Positions 39,412 to 47,045 of a stretch of 64,000 nt of DNA are shown one piece after another; position 1 is the first letter of the stretch; each line of letters starts with the position of its first letter. The stretch is from the NCBI GenBank assembly GCA_963555995.3, contig OY821641.1:1184001-1248000 (forward strand), given 5' to 3'. The notes under the pieces were generated by a model, which was not told the DNA's origin, searched no databases, and saw only the letters and a list, made by a program, of their open reading frames with translations. The DNA is from Vicinamibacteria bacterium (GTDB taxonomy: Bacteria > Acidobacteriota > Vicinamibacteria > Marinacidobacterales > Marinacidobacteraceae). The translations under genes were made by a program, and so were the position numbers.

Positions 39412-40659
39412 CTACCGCTCCCAGAGCTCTCGCACCCCCACCGAATGGAGCCGTGGATCCCCAAGCCGCCAGACCCCATCGCCGGTATAGAGCACGACGC
39501 CGGCCTCGAACTGATCGCCGCAGACCGCAGCCAGCCGGGAGAGTCCGCGCGCATCACGGGGCTCGACGGCGCTCCCGGCCTTGATTTCGATGCCCCAGAC
39601 CTTCCGTCTGAGGGTGATGACCAGGTCCACTTCGGCCTGATCCCGGTCCCGGTAGTGCCAGAACCTCAGGTCGGGGTCCGTCCAGGCCGCCTGGGCGATC
39701 AGTTGCTGGACCACGAAAGTTTCCAGCAGGCCACCCATGGCCGCGCGGTTGTCCAGCCAGTCCCCGGTTGTGCGGCCGGCGAGGGTGGCGGTGAGTCCGC
39801 TGTCCAGGAGATGGACCTTTGGTGACTTGACCAAGCGTTTGCTTTCGCTCGAATGCCAGGCGGGTAGGCGACGAATCAGGAACAGCCGCTCCAGCACCGA
39901 GAGATAGTGCAGCACCGTCTCCCGGCGGAAATCGAGCCCGTTCGCCAGGCGACTGACGTTCAGGGTGGCGGCCGGGCGAATCGCGAGGGCCTCCAGGAGG
40001 CGCATGACTTCGATCGGTTCGCGAACCCGGGCGACGTCCCGTACGTCGCGCTCGATGATGTGGCGGAGGTAGTTGCGGTGCCACTGCCGCGCGCGCTCCG
40101 GAGAGCGACCGAGGATCCCGGGGTATCCACCGAGTACCAGGCGCTCCGAAAGTTCGAAGCCGGTGTCGCCGGGATCGGCGGGCCGCGTGCTCCTCAAATC
40201 GCCGTTCAGGAACGCACGGAGAAAGCCTCCCGGGCGTCGTTCCTTCTCCGCTTCCGTCAGCGGATGGAGGAGCTGGATCTCCATTCGACCGGCCAGCGAT
40301 TCGGTGACGGTCGGGATCTGCAACAGATTGGCCGAACCAGTAAGGAGGAAGCGTCCGGGACGTCGATCCCGATCCACGGAGATCTTGATGGCCGACAGGA
40401 GGTCGGGCGCCTTCTGGATTTCGTCGATCGCCACAAAGTCCGGCAGTTCGGCCAGGAAGCCGTGGGGATCGTCTTGAGCCGTGCGCCGGTAGTCCAGATC
40501 GTCCAGACTGATGAAACGCCGGCGCGCATCCAGAATCTGAGCGAGAGTGGTCTTCCCGCTCTGCCGCGGGCCGACCAAGCACACCACCGGGGTATCGGCC
40601 AAGGCTACGCGGATGGCTGCCGTAAGGGTCCGGGGGAGGATTACAGGATTTGCCGCCAC
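39412..40659 (-). CDS. AAA_14 ATPase with DUF4143 and C-terminal nuclease-like motif
   Basis: GPRQSGKTT, IDEIQ, LLTGS, ESLAGR, GGYP, KSPKVHLLDSG, EVDLV..IEIK. Confidence 0.93.
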   Translation of the reverse strand: MAANPVILPRTLTAAIRVALADTPVVCLVGPRQSGKTTLAQILDARRRFISLDDLDYRRTAQDDPHGFLAELPDFVAIDEIQKAPDLLSAIKISVDRDRRPGRFLLTGSANLLQIPTVTESLAGRMEIQLLHPLTEAEKERRPGGFLRAFLNGDLRSTRPADPGDTGFELSERLVLGGYPGILGRSPERARQWHRNYLRHIIERDVRDVARVREPIEVMRLLEALAIRPAATLNVSRLANGLDFRRETVLHYLSVLERLFLIRRLPAWHSSESKRLVKSPKVHLLDSGLTATLAGRTTGDWLDNRAAMGGLLETFVVQQLIAQAAWTDPDLRFWHYRDRDQAEVDLVITLRRKVWGIEIKAGSAVEPRDARGLSRLAAVCGDQFEAGVVLYTGDGVWRLGDPRLHSVGVRELWER

Positions 40660-40677
40660 TTGACGATCAGGATAGCG

Positions 40678-40783
40678 GCAGATTGTCTATTAGACAACCC
40701 GCAGATTGTCTATTACATGGTTCGCGGATTGCCTATTACGCGGTTCGCGGATTGTCTATTGCGGCGTGTGCGGATTGCCGCTT
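40678..40783. repeat. Five direct repeats GC(A/G)GATTG(T/C)CTATT at exact 23-bp period
   Basis: Copies start at 40678, 40701, 40724, 40747, 40770 (last degenerate); 9-bp spacers. Confidence 0.9.
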
Positions 40784-40857
40784 TCGGGGGTACCGCGGAT
40801 CCGGCACGCCGGACGGGTCTTCTGAGAGATCGATGCACGAGGTAACGTGGCGCTCCA

Positions 40858-41084
40858 TGCCCAAGGCCCGGAAGCGGATGTCCGCGACCAACCAACGTCC
40901 ATACCAAGCGGACAGCCATCAGCGGGTGGAGGGAACCCGCCGGACAGGGGTCATTCAACGAGTGGGGGGTGGTGACGATGAGCGGCCTCCATCTGACGTA
41001 GATGCGGCGCTCTCCGGGACCCTCGGGGCTGTTCCCAGGGCGGCCGCACCGAGTCGCGACGAGTGGGATCGCGGTCGCGGTTGA
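40858..41084 (+). pseudogene. Possible antitoxin remnant (CopG/VapB-like C-terminus)
   Basis: C-terminal DVDAALSGTLGAVPRAAAPSRDEWDRG resembles antitoxin tails by recall only; N-terminus not recognisable. Confidence 0.3.
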
Positions 41085-41118
41085 CCTTCGGAACCGCTGA
41101 CTTCCGCCCGAGCCGACC

Positions 41119-41910
41119 TCACGGCCTCGACGGCAGCACGGCGTAGACCTCCTTCACGGCTTCCGCCCCGTACTTCCGCTCCAGCCTCCGCACGGTGAAA
41201 TGACCGCTGGCCATGTCCTGGAAGTGGTTGATGAACAGCACGTTCACCGCCGCGGCCGTAGCCGCGCTGACGACGGGTAGCGCCTGCGCCGCCGCCTTCT
41301 CCGTGACCTGGATCGAGAAGCGCTCCGCCACCCGCGTGATCAGCCGGAGGACCACCGGCGCCTCCCTCCCGGCAAGCGTCCCGCTTCCCTTCGCCAGAAA
41401 CGCGACCGCATCCCCCACGACCTTGGCCATCGCGGCCCGCACGGCGTAGTAGCCGGTCTCCGTCCCGTCGTCGGACTCGCTTCGGCCCCCGAGGGCGAAG
41501 ACCTCGAGGCACGCCATGCGGGTTTCGGGTGTCTCCGTGTCCTCGCCGTTCTCCCGGGCGATCGTCGCGATCGCCCGCATCATGATCGTCGTGGAGACGG
41601 GCAGTTCGACGGCAAGCCCCGGCATGCCGAAGAAGCCACCCACTCCGCCCGCAGCGGCCGCGCCGAGCTTGTTGGCAAGACGCGAGGACTGCCAGCCGGA
41701 CGCTCCGTTCACGGTGGAGAGCGCCACCTTGAGGGAGCCCAGCAGGGCCTTGCGGGTCAGGCCCGAGATCTGGTCCCGCACCCGCTCCGGCAGGTATTTG
41801 AGCCCCTCTTCGATGGGCCGGCCGACGACGTTGACGAGGCGCGCCGCGAGGCCCGGGTTCTCGAGGAGCGCCTTCGCCTCCTGAAGCGCCCGGCGGTCCG
41901 TCTCGTCCAT
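41119..41910 (-). CDS. EcsC family protein
   Basis: AKALLENPGLAARL, GGFFGMPGLAVELPVSTTIMMRAIATIAR, HFQDMASGHFTVRRLERKYG. Confidence 0.88.
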   Translation of the reverse strand: MDETDRRALQEAKALLENPGLAARLVNVVGRPIEEGLKYLPERVRDQISGLTRKALLGSLKVALSTVNGASGWQSSRLANKLGAAAAGGVGGFFGMPGLAVELPVSTTIMMRAIATIARENGEDTETPETRMACLEVFALGGRSESDDGTETGYYAVRAAMAKVVGDAVAFLAKGSGTLAGREAPVVLRLITRVAERFSIQVTEKAAAQALPVVSAATAAAVNVLFINHFQDMASGHFTVRRLERKYGAEAVKEVYAVLPSRP

Positions 41911-42031
41911 CAGCAGGCTCCCTCACCGAATCGGACGGATTCCGGGCGGCCGTTCGGCGCTCTGGCCGCTAAAAGTGACAGGTTTTGACGTATCACCGGG
42001 AGAGACTTGAGACAGAACGAGGAGCGTGCAG

Positions 42032-44146
42032 ATGTCAACACCTTACGAAATCCGCCTTGCCATCCGGTGGTTGTCGAACGTGGTAACCCGGATAGCCCCA
42101 CGAAGCGAAGAGGCTTCGCAACTCGCCGGCTGGCTGAGCGAGAACGCCGATCGGGAGGTCGCGGGCAAAGCCGGCAAATGGCGTCCCTTCGAAACTCTAG
42201 CCCAGGCAGCGGGTCTTCGAGCGAAGCACCGTGAACCCTGGCTCCGGTCCCGCTGGAAGCCTTCGTCCGGAGACTGGAAGCGTCTCGGAGACGCTCTCCA
42301 AGAGTTACGCGACCGGACCGAACGCGCCAAACCGGATCGCACCGCCCGGCGGCTGCAGGCATTGGCGAAGGTCACCGGAATGACCCGCGAAGACGTGGAA
42401 GTCCTTGAGGTGGTGTTGCGGTACCAGACCGCTCCCTTTCTGGAGTCCCTGGTGGACGAGCTCCATCTCGCCGACCGGCGTCACCATCCTTTCAGCATCC
42501 ACGGGTCCGTTCTCGCCCGGCTGCTCGGCCTCGGCCGCAGCCGCGTTCAGAGCCGTCTGACCAGATCGTCGCCGCTGCTCCGTTCGGGCTGCCTCACCGT
42601 GGATGGGGACGGCGAGGTATCCCTCAATCGCCGCCTGGAGCGTCTCGCCACGGTCCCGGACAAGGAATCGGACGTGCGGCGGCTCCTGCTGGGGAGTTGC
42701 TTGCCCACAGACCTCGAATGGTCCGACTTCGAGCATCTCGGGCAGGCGGGTGAGGATTTGGCCGCCCTCGTCAAGGGCGCGCTGGCAACGTCAACCCCGG
42801 GCGTCAACATCCTGCTTCCCGGCGAACCGGGTGTCGGCAAGACCTCTCTCGCGAAAGTGATTGCTGCGCAGCTCGGAGTGGGGCTGTTCCCGGTCGGCGA
42901 AGCGGACGAGCGCGGCGATGAACCGACCCGCGGCGAGCGCCTCGGTGATCTCCGGCTTACCCAATCGCTGCTCAGCGGTGACGGCACGGGCCTGCCGTTC
43001 GTGGACGACGCCGACGACGTTCTGGCCGCAGACGGCGCCGACGCATCCCTGCTGGGTCTCCTCGGCGCCTCCGCCCCACGGAGCAGGGGTTCCGGGAGCG
43101 GTTCACGGGTGTTTCTCCATCGGCTGCTCGAAGAAAATCTGGCGCCCACGATCTGGACAGTGAATCGAGCGGAGGCTATCCCTGAGTCCGTCCTTCGGCG
43201 CATGACCTTCGTCGTCGAGATGAGAAGGCCTCCCACCCGGGTGCGCGGCCGAATCTGGTCGCGTCAACTCGGCCAGCACGGCATCCGATTCACGAAGCAG
43301 GATGTCCGTAACCTCACCCGCGAGTTTCCGGACATCTCGCCCGGGATCATCAACGGCGCGGCGAAGGCGGCGACGTTCCTGGGCCGCGATCTCGGCGGCG
43401 TTCGGCGGGCGGCGACCGGTCTCACCCGGCTGGTCCACGGGCCGGCGCCTCGCCGGGAAAAGCGCCACGACTTCGACCCGGAGTTGAGCCAGGCCGACGT
43501 GAGCCTCAAGGAACTCGCCGACGACATCGTCTCCACGGGGCTCCTTGATTTCTCCGTGTGCCTGACGGGGCCTCCGGGGGCCGGCAAGAGCGCCTGGGTC
43601 CGCTACGTCGCGGACCGTCTGGACCTGGAGGTGCTGCACCTGCGCGCCTCCGACCTGCTCGACAGCTACGTCGGAGGAACGGAGAAGCGGATCGCTGCAG
43701 CTTTCCAGCGAGCGGCGGATGAGAGGGCGTTCCTGGTGATTGATGAGGCCGATAGCGTCCTCCGGGATCGGCGTGGCGCCCGCGCGGGGTGGGAAGGGAG
43801 CCAGGTGAACGAGATGCTCACCTGGATGGAGAACTACCCGCTGCCGTTCGCCTGCACCACCAATCTCGGGGAGGTGCTCGACCCTGCGAGCCTTCGCCGG
43901 TTCACCTTCAAACCGAAGCTGGGCTATCTGACCGCCGAGCAGGCCGATCGGGCGTTCCGGTTCTTCTTCAAGCTTGATCCTCCCCCCGAGCTTGCGAGAA
44001 TGCGGATCCTCACCCCGGGCGACTTCGCGGTGGTCCGTCGCCAAGCCCGGTTCCGGGGCCGCTTGGCCGACGCCGACGCGCTTGTCCGCATGCTCCAGGA
44101 CGAGTGCGACGCCAAGCCGGAACGGAGCGGCACTGTGGGGTTTTGA
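42032..44146 (+). CDS. Tandem-AAA+ ATPase with N-terminal helical/wHTH region
   Basis: Walker A GEPGVGKT and GPPGAGKS; Walker B FVDDAD and VIDEAD; DPASLRRF; LTPGDF; C-terminal VGF; GAGGAG SD. Confidence 0.9.
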   Translation: MSTPYEIRLAIRWLSNVVTRIAPRSEEASQLAGWLSENADREVAGKAGKWRPFETLAQAAGLRAKHREPWLRSRWKPSSGDWKRLGDALQELRDRTERAKPDRTARRLQALAKVTGMTREDVEVLEVVLRYQTAPFLESLVDELHLADRRHHPFSIHGSVLARLLGLGRSRVQSRLTRSSPLLRSGCLTVDGDGEVSLNRRLERLATVPDKESDVRRLLLGSCLPTDLEWSDFEHLGQAGEDLAALVKGALATSTPGVNILLPGEPGVGKTSLAKVIAAQLGVGLFPVGEADERGDEPTRGERLGDLRLTQSLLSGDGTGLPFVDDADDVLAADGADASLLGLLGASAPRSRGSGSGSRVFLHRLLEENLAPTIWTVNRAEAIPESVLRRMTFVVEMRRPPTRVRGRIWSRQLGQHGIRFTKQDVRNLTREFPDISPGIINGAAKAATFLGRDLGGVRRAATGLTRLVHGPAPRREKRHDFDPELSQADVSLKELADDIVSTGLLDFSVCLTGPPGAGKSAWVRYVADRLDLEVLHLRASDLLDSYVGGTEKRIAAAFQRAADERAFLVIDEADSVLRDRRGARAGWEGSQVNEMLTWMENYPLPFACTTNLGEVLDPASLRRFTFKPKLGYLTAEQADRAFRFFFKLDPPPELARMRILTPGDFAVVRRQARFRGRLADADALVRMLQDECDAKPERSGTVGF

Positions 44147-44375
44147 GGCCGTATGACGTCTGGACACAACGACCAGGCTGGCCGGCGCGCTACTTTCCGA
44201 AATGGTCAGGTCCAGACCGGCGAGTCCAACGGTTTCTGGCCAGCGCTACTGGAGGCGGGAGTCCGCACCACGTGTGGCTGGCGTAGCTTCCCGCCAAAAC
44301 GGGTAACGCATTCACGGTCCGCAGACGAGGGAGTGCGTCGAACAGAGAGGATGCTGCCTCGCAGATTCGCCTTCG

Positions 44376-44813
44376 TCAGGGCTCGCCGACCGTGAACTCC
44401 CGCTCCAAGAGGTAGTTCTTGCCTCCGGTGCTCACCGTGGTCCTGGGATGGCGAAATGAGTGAAGACTCTTCTTGTTGAAGCGTGGTTTGTGCTGATAGA
44501 TCATGGCGCTCTCTACGCGCCGAAGGTGATTGCGCGGAACGTGGGCCGCCGTGAGACGCAATGTCTGGCCTTGCTTCGCGTTCACAAATCTCTCCCATTC
44601 CTTCCAGTCCTGACGGTTCTTGTCTACGCGGGACCAGAGGCGGTCTGCCTTTCCTATGTACAGCAGCTCGTAGACCTTGTCAGAGCGACGGAAAGAGGCG
44701 GAATACACACAATAGATGCCGGGCTCTTCTGGCAGGTCGTGCCTTTGGTAGACCGCGAAATCGAGGGCGTACCGCTTCCTACTCTTGCCGAGGATGAGGT
44801 CGCGAAGCCTCAT
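44376..44813 (-). CDS. Stand-alone GIY-YIG nuclease family protein
   Basis: PGIY..LLYIGKA..LWSRV..VESAMI..PRFN; lower GC than flanks. Confidence 0.8.
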   Translation of the reverse strand: MRLRDLILGKSRKRYALDFAVYQRHDLPEEPGIYCVYSASFRRSDKVYELLYIGKADRLWSRVDKNRQDWKEWERFVNAKQGQTLRLTAAHVPRNHLRRVESAMIYQHKPRFNKKSLHSFRHPRTTVSTGGKNYLLEREFTVGEP

Positions 44814-44886
44814 GGCAGATCACGCTCCTTGCTTGTCATGGAAGAAGGCAACGATCATTCGATCGAACATCCTTTAGTTATCTGGA

Positions 44887-44915
44887 ATAATATGAGTTGA
44901 GTTATTTCTTGTCAA
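44887..44915 (-). promoter_or_regulatory. Sigma70-type promoter for the GIY-YIG gene
   Basis: TTGACA-17bp-TATTAT on the minus strand in an AT-rich patch. Confidence 0.7.
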
Positions 44916-44922
44916 GGTATCT

Positions 44923-45069
44923 TCCGTCATCCTCTCGGGCATGAGTCTGTCCGGATATCAAGAGTGGGAACGGGGGACGCATGGCATCAGCGGACCCGCC
45001 GCAAACCTCCTTCGCGTCATCGAAAAGGAACCGGAGGCGGTCAAGCGGGCACGGGCACCGGGCGGATGA
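44923..45069 (+). pseudogene. C-terminal fragment of a HigA/XRE-type HTH antitoxin
   Basis: Translates ILSGMSLSGYQEWERGTHGISGPAANLLRVIEKEPEAVKRA*; in-frame TGA at 44893 upstream; not in the ORF track. Confidence 0.65.
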
Positions 45070-45129
45070 CGCGGGCGGCGCTCTCGGCGACAAACACCCC
45101 GTAGGTCGGGTGCGGCATCATCGTTGCTG

Positions 45130-45201
45130 GTTTCGCGCTCCCGCGCGATGCCGGCCGGAGGCCGGCGCTCCGAGCGGTACGCGTCGTGAGGGCGGGTGGG
45201 G
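45130..45201. repeat. 72-bp REP-containing direct repeat, left copy
   Basis: 69/72 identical to 46895-46966 by eye. Confidence 0.85.
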
Positions 45202-45291
45202 TTGCGGCGTCCGCGGCGCGGATGGGCGCGTGTGCCGGTCTGGATGGGGGGCGGCGTTCCGACCCAGTGGGCCGTTGCGCCCGGCGGCGCG

Positions 45292-46866
45292 TCACATCCC
45301 CCAGATCGTGACCGGGGGGCCGTCCTCCGTTTCTTCCCGACGGATCTTCTCCTCCCACGACCTCCCCTCCCGGCGGTCGAAGATCACGAGGTGCCCGGCC
45401 GTCGCCCCGCACCGGTCCATGTAGTCGCGCGTCTGGGTGAGGCCGCGCTCCCGCGTCGCCTCGAAGCTGTCCCGGAGCAGCTTGCATTCGATCACGGTCT
45501 TCCGCACCTCACCGCCGGTCTCACCGGCCACCGGCCACGCCACCAGCAAGTCCGTGCGGCGTCGCCCAAGTCCGTACTCCCGCTCGATCCGGCCCCCCGC
45601 GTTCACCACCCGCTGCAAGAACGCCTGCAACAGGAGTTGCGGCCCCGCCTCCTTGTAGTCGAAACGCTCCACCCAGTGTTCCGCATGCTCCCGGAAGAAC
45701 TGCTGGAAGGCCGCCAGCAGCCGGTCCACGCGGAGATCGCCGTCTTCGACGAAGGTCGGCGGGTCCACCGTCAGGAACGCCTGCGTCGTCCACGTCAGAT
45801 CGCGGGGAATCACCTCCTGGTAGATCGGATTCGCGATCCGGACCGGATTGTCCGGGGCGATCAGGCCGAGGTCCCGCACGTATTGCAGGTCGTCCGCGGG
45901 TATCCGCCCCGCCTCCGGGTCGCCGCTCAACAGGGGGGCGACCACGCGCCGCACCCGGCCCTCCTGCAGCTTGTCGGTGAGCTGGTCGAGATGCGTCACG
46001 CGTTTGTCGATCAGCAGCTCCCGCGCGGCGTGGATCGCCGGAACGCCGAGCGCCCGCGCGCGATCCCGGTTCGCCTCCGCCGCCTCGTAGGCCAGGGCGT
46101 TCACGAGCCACGGCTGTCCCCGGGTCAGCCGGAACACCTCGCGCCGCGCCTCCGCGGTCCACGGTTGGCCGGTCTCTTCCGTGTGCTGCGAGAGCAGCGT
46201 CACGACGTCACCTTCGGAGAAGTCGCCGAGTCGCAGTGACTCGGCCTTGATGTTGAAGGCGCTCCCCCCGGTGATGACCGTCTTGTCCGCCGACGAGTGG
46301 ATGCGGTAGTCGCGCACGTCCCGCACTCCGCAGAGGACCACGCTCTGCGGAAAGTTGGCGGGGCGGTCGGCGTAGCCGGCGCGGAGTTGCCGCAGGACGG
46401 AAATGAGGGTGTCGCCGACGAGGGCATCAATCTCGTCCAGCAGGACCACCAACGGCTTCCGCTCCGCGGCGCACCACTCGGCCAGCATCTTGCGGAGGCC
46501 GTCGAATGGCCCGGATTCTTCCAGGATGGCGAACCAGTGGTCTCTCGGGAAGCGGTCGTTGAGGGCGATCTCCGCCGCGCTGGCCAGAGAACTCAGGATG
46601 GCGCGGGTCCCCTCGAAGACGTTCTCCCGTGCGGCCTGCGCGCCCTCAACGTTGACGTACACGGCGCGGAACTCCGCGCCGGAGTTCAGTTCGTCGCGCA
46701 GGCCGATGAGCGCCGAGGTCTTGCCGGTCTGCCGCGGCGCGTGGAGGACGAAGTACTTCTCCTGTCGGATCAGGTTCAGCAGCGCGCCGGCGTCGAGCCG
46801 GGCGAGCGGAGGCAGGCAGTAGTGGCGCCCCGGCAAGACCGGCCCTGCCGTGTTGAAGAATCGCAC
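45292..46866 (-). CDS. AAA-like ATPase (MRFFNTAGP type) with C-terminal PD-(D/E)XK-like motif
   Basis: HAPRQTGKTS, LLDEID, GGSAFNIK, GQPWLVN, REYGLGRRRTDL..IECK. Confidence 0.9.
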   Translation of the reverse strand: MRFFNTAGPVLPGRHYCLPPLARLDAGALLNLIRQEKYFVLHAPRQTGKTSALIGLRDELNSGAEFRAVYVNVEGAQAARENVFEGTRAILSSLASAAEIALNDRFPRDHWFAILEESGPFDGLRKMLAEWCAAERKPLVVLLDEIDALVGDTLISVLRQLRAGYADRPANFPQSVVLCGVRDVRDYRIHSSADKTVITGGSAFNIKAESLRLGDFSEGDVVTLLSQHTEETGQPWTAEARREVFRLTRGQPWLVNALAYEAAEANRDRARALGVPAIHAARELLIDKRVTHLDQLTDKLQEGRVRRVVAPLLSGDPEAGRIPADDLQYVRDLGLIAPDNPVRIANPIYQEVIPRDLTWTTQAFLTVDPPTFVEDGDLRVDRLLAAFQQFFREHAEHWVERFDYKEAGPQLLLQAFLQRVVNAGGRIEREYGLGRRRTDLLVAWPVAGETGGEVRKTVIECKLLRDSFEATRERGLTQTRDYMDRCGATAGHLVIFDRREGRSWEEKIRREETEDGPPVTIWGM

Positions 46867-46894
46867 GGCTCCGATTCTGGCACACGGGGTGCCC

Positions 46895-46966
46895 GTTTCG
46901 CGCTCCCGCGCGATGCCGGCCGGAGGCCGGCGCTCCGAGTCGTACGCGTCGTGAGGGTGGGTGGGG
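46895..46966. repeat. 72-bp REP-containing direct repeat, right copy
   Basis: See 45130-45201. Confidence 0.85.
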
Positions 46967-47045
46967 TCGCGACGTGCGCGGCGCAGAGCGCCGCGCGTGC
47001 CGACCTGAAGGTCGGCGGTCCCTGGCCTCCTTGCCGTCGGCGTGG

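Noticed and set aside
40678-40783. 23-bp periodic repeats as a mini-CRISPR
   Set aside because: 14-bp repeats and 9-bp partly similar spacers are far too short; kept as an operator-like array
44153-44395. 80-aa ORF after the tandem AAA gene as a partner protein
   Set aside because: No recognisable motif or SD and it overlaps the GIY-YIG 3' end; cannot be supported
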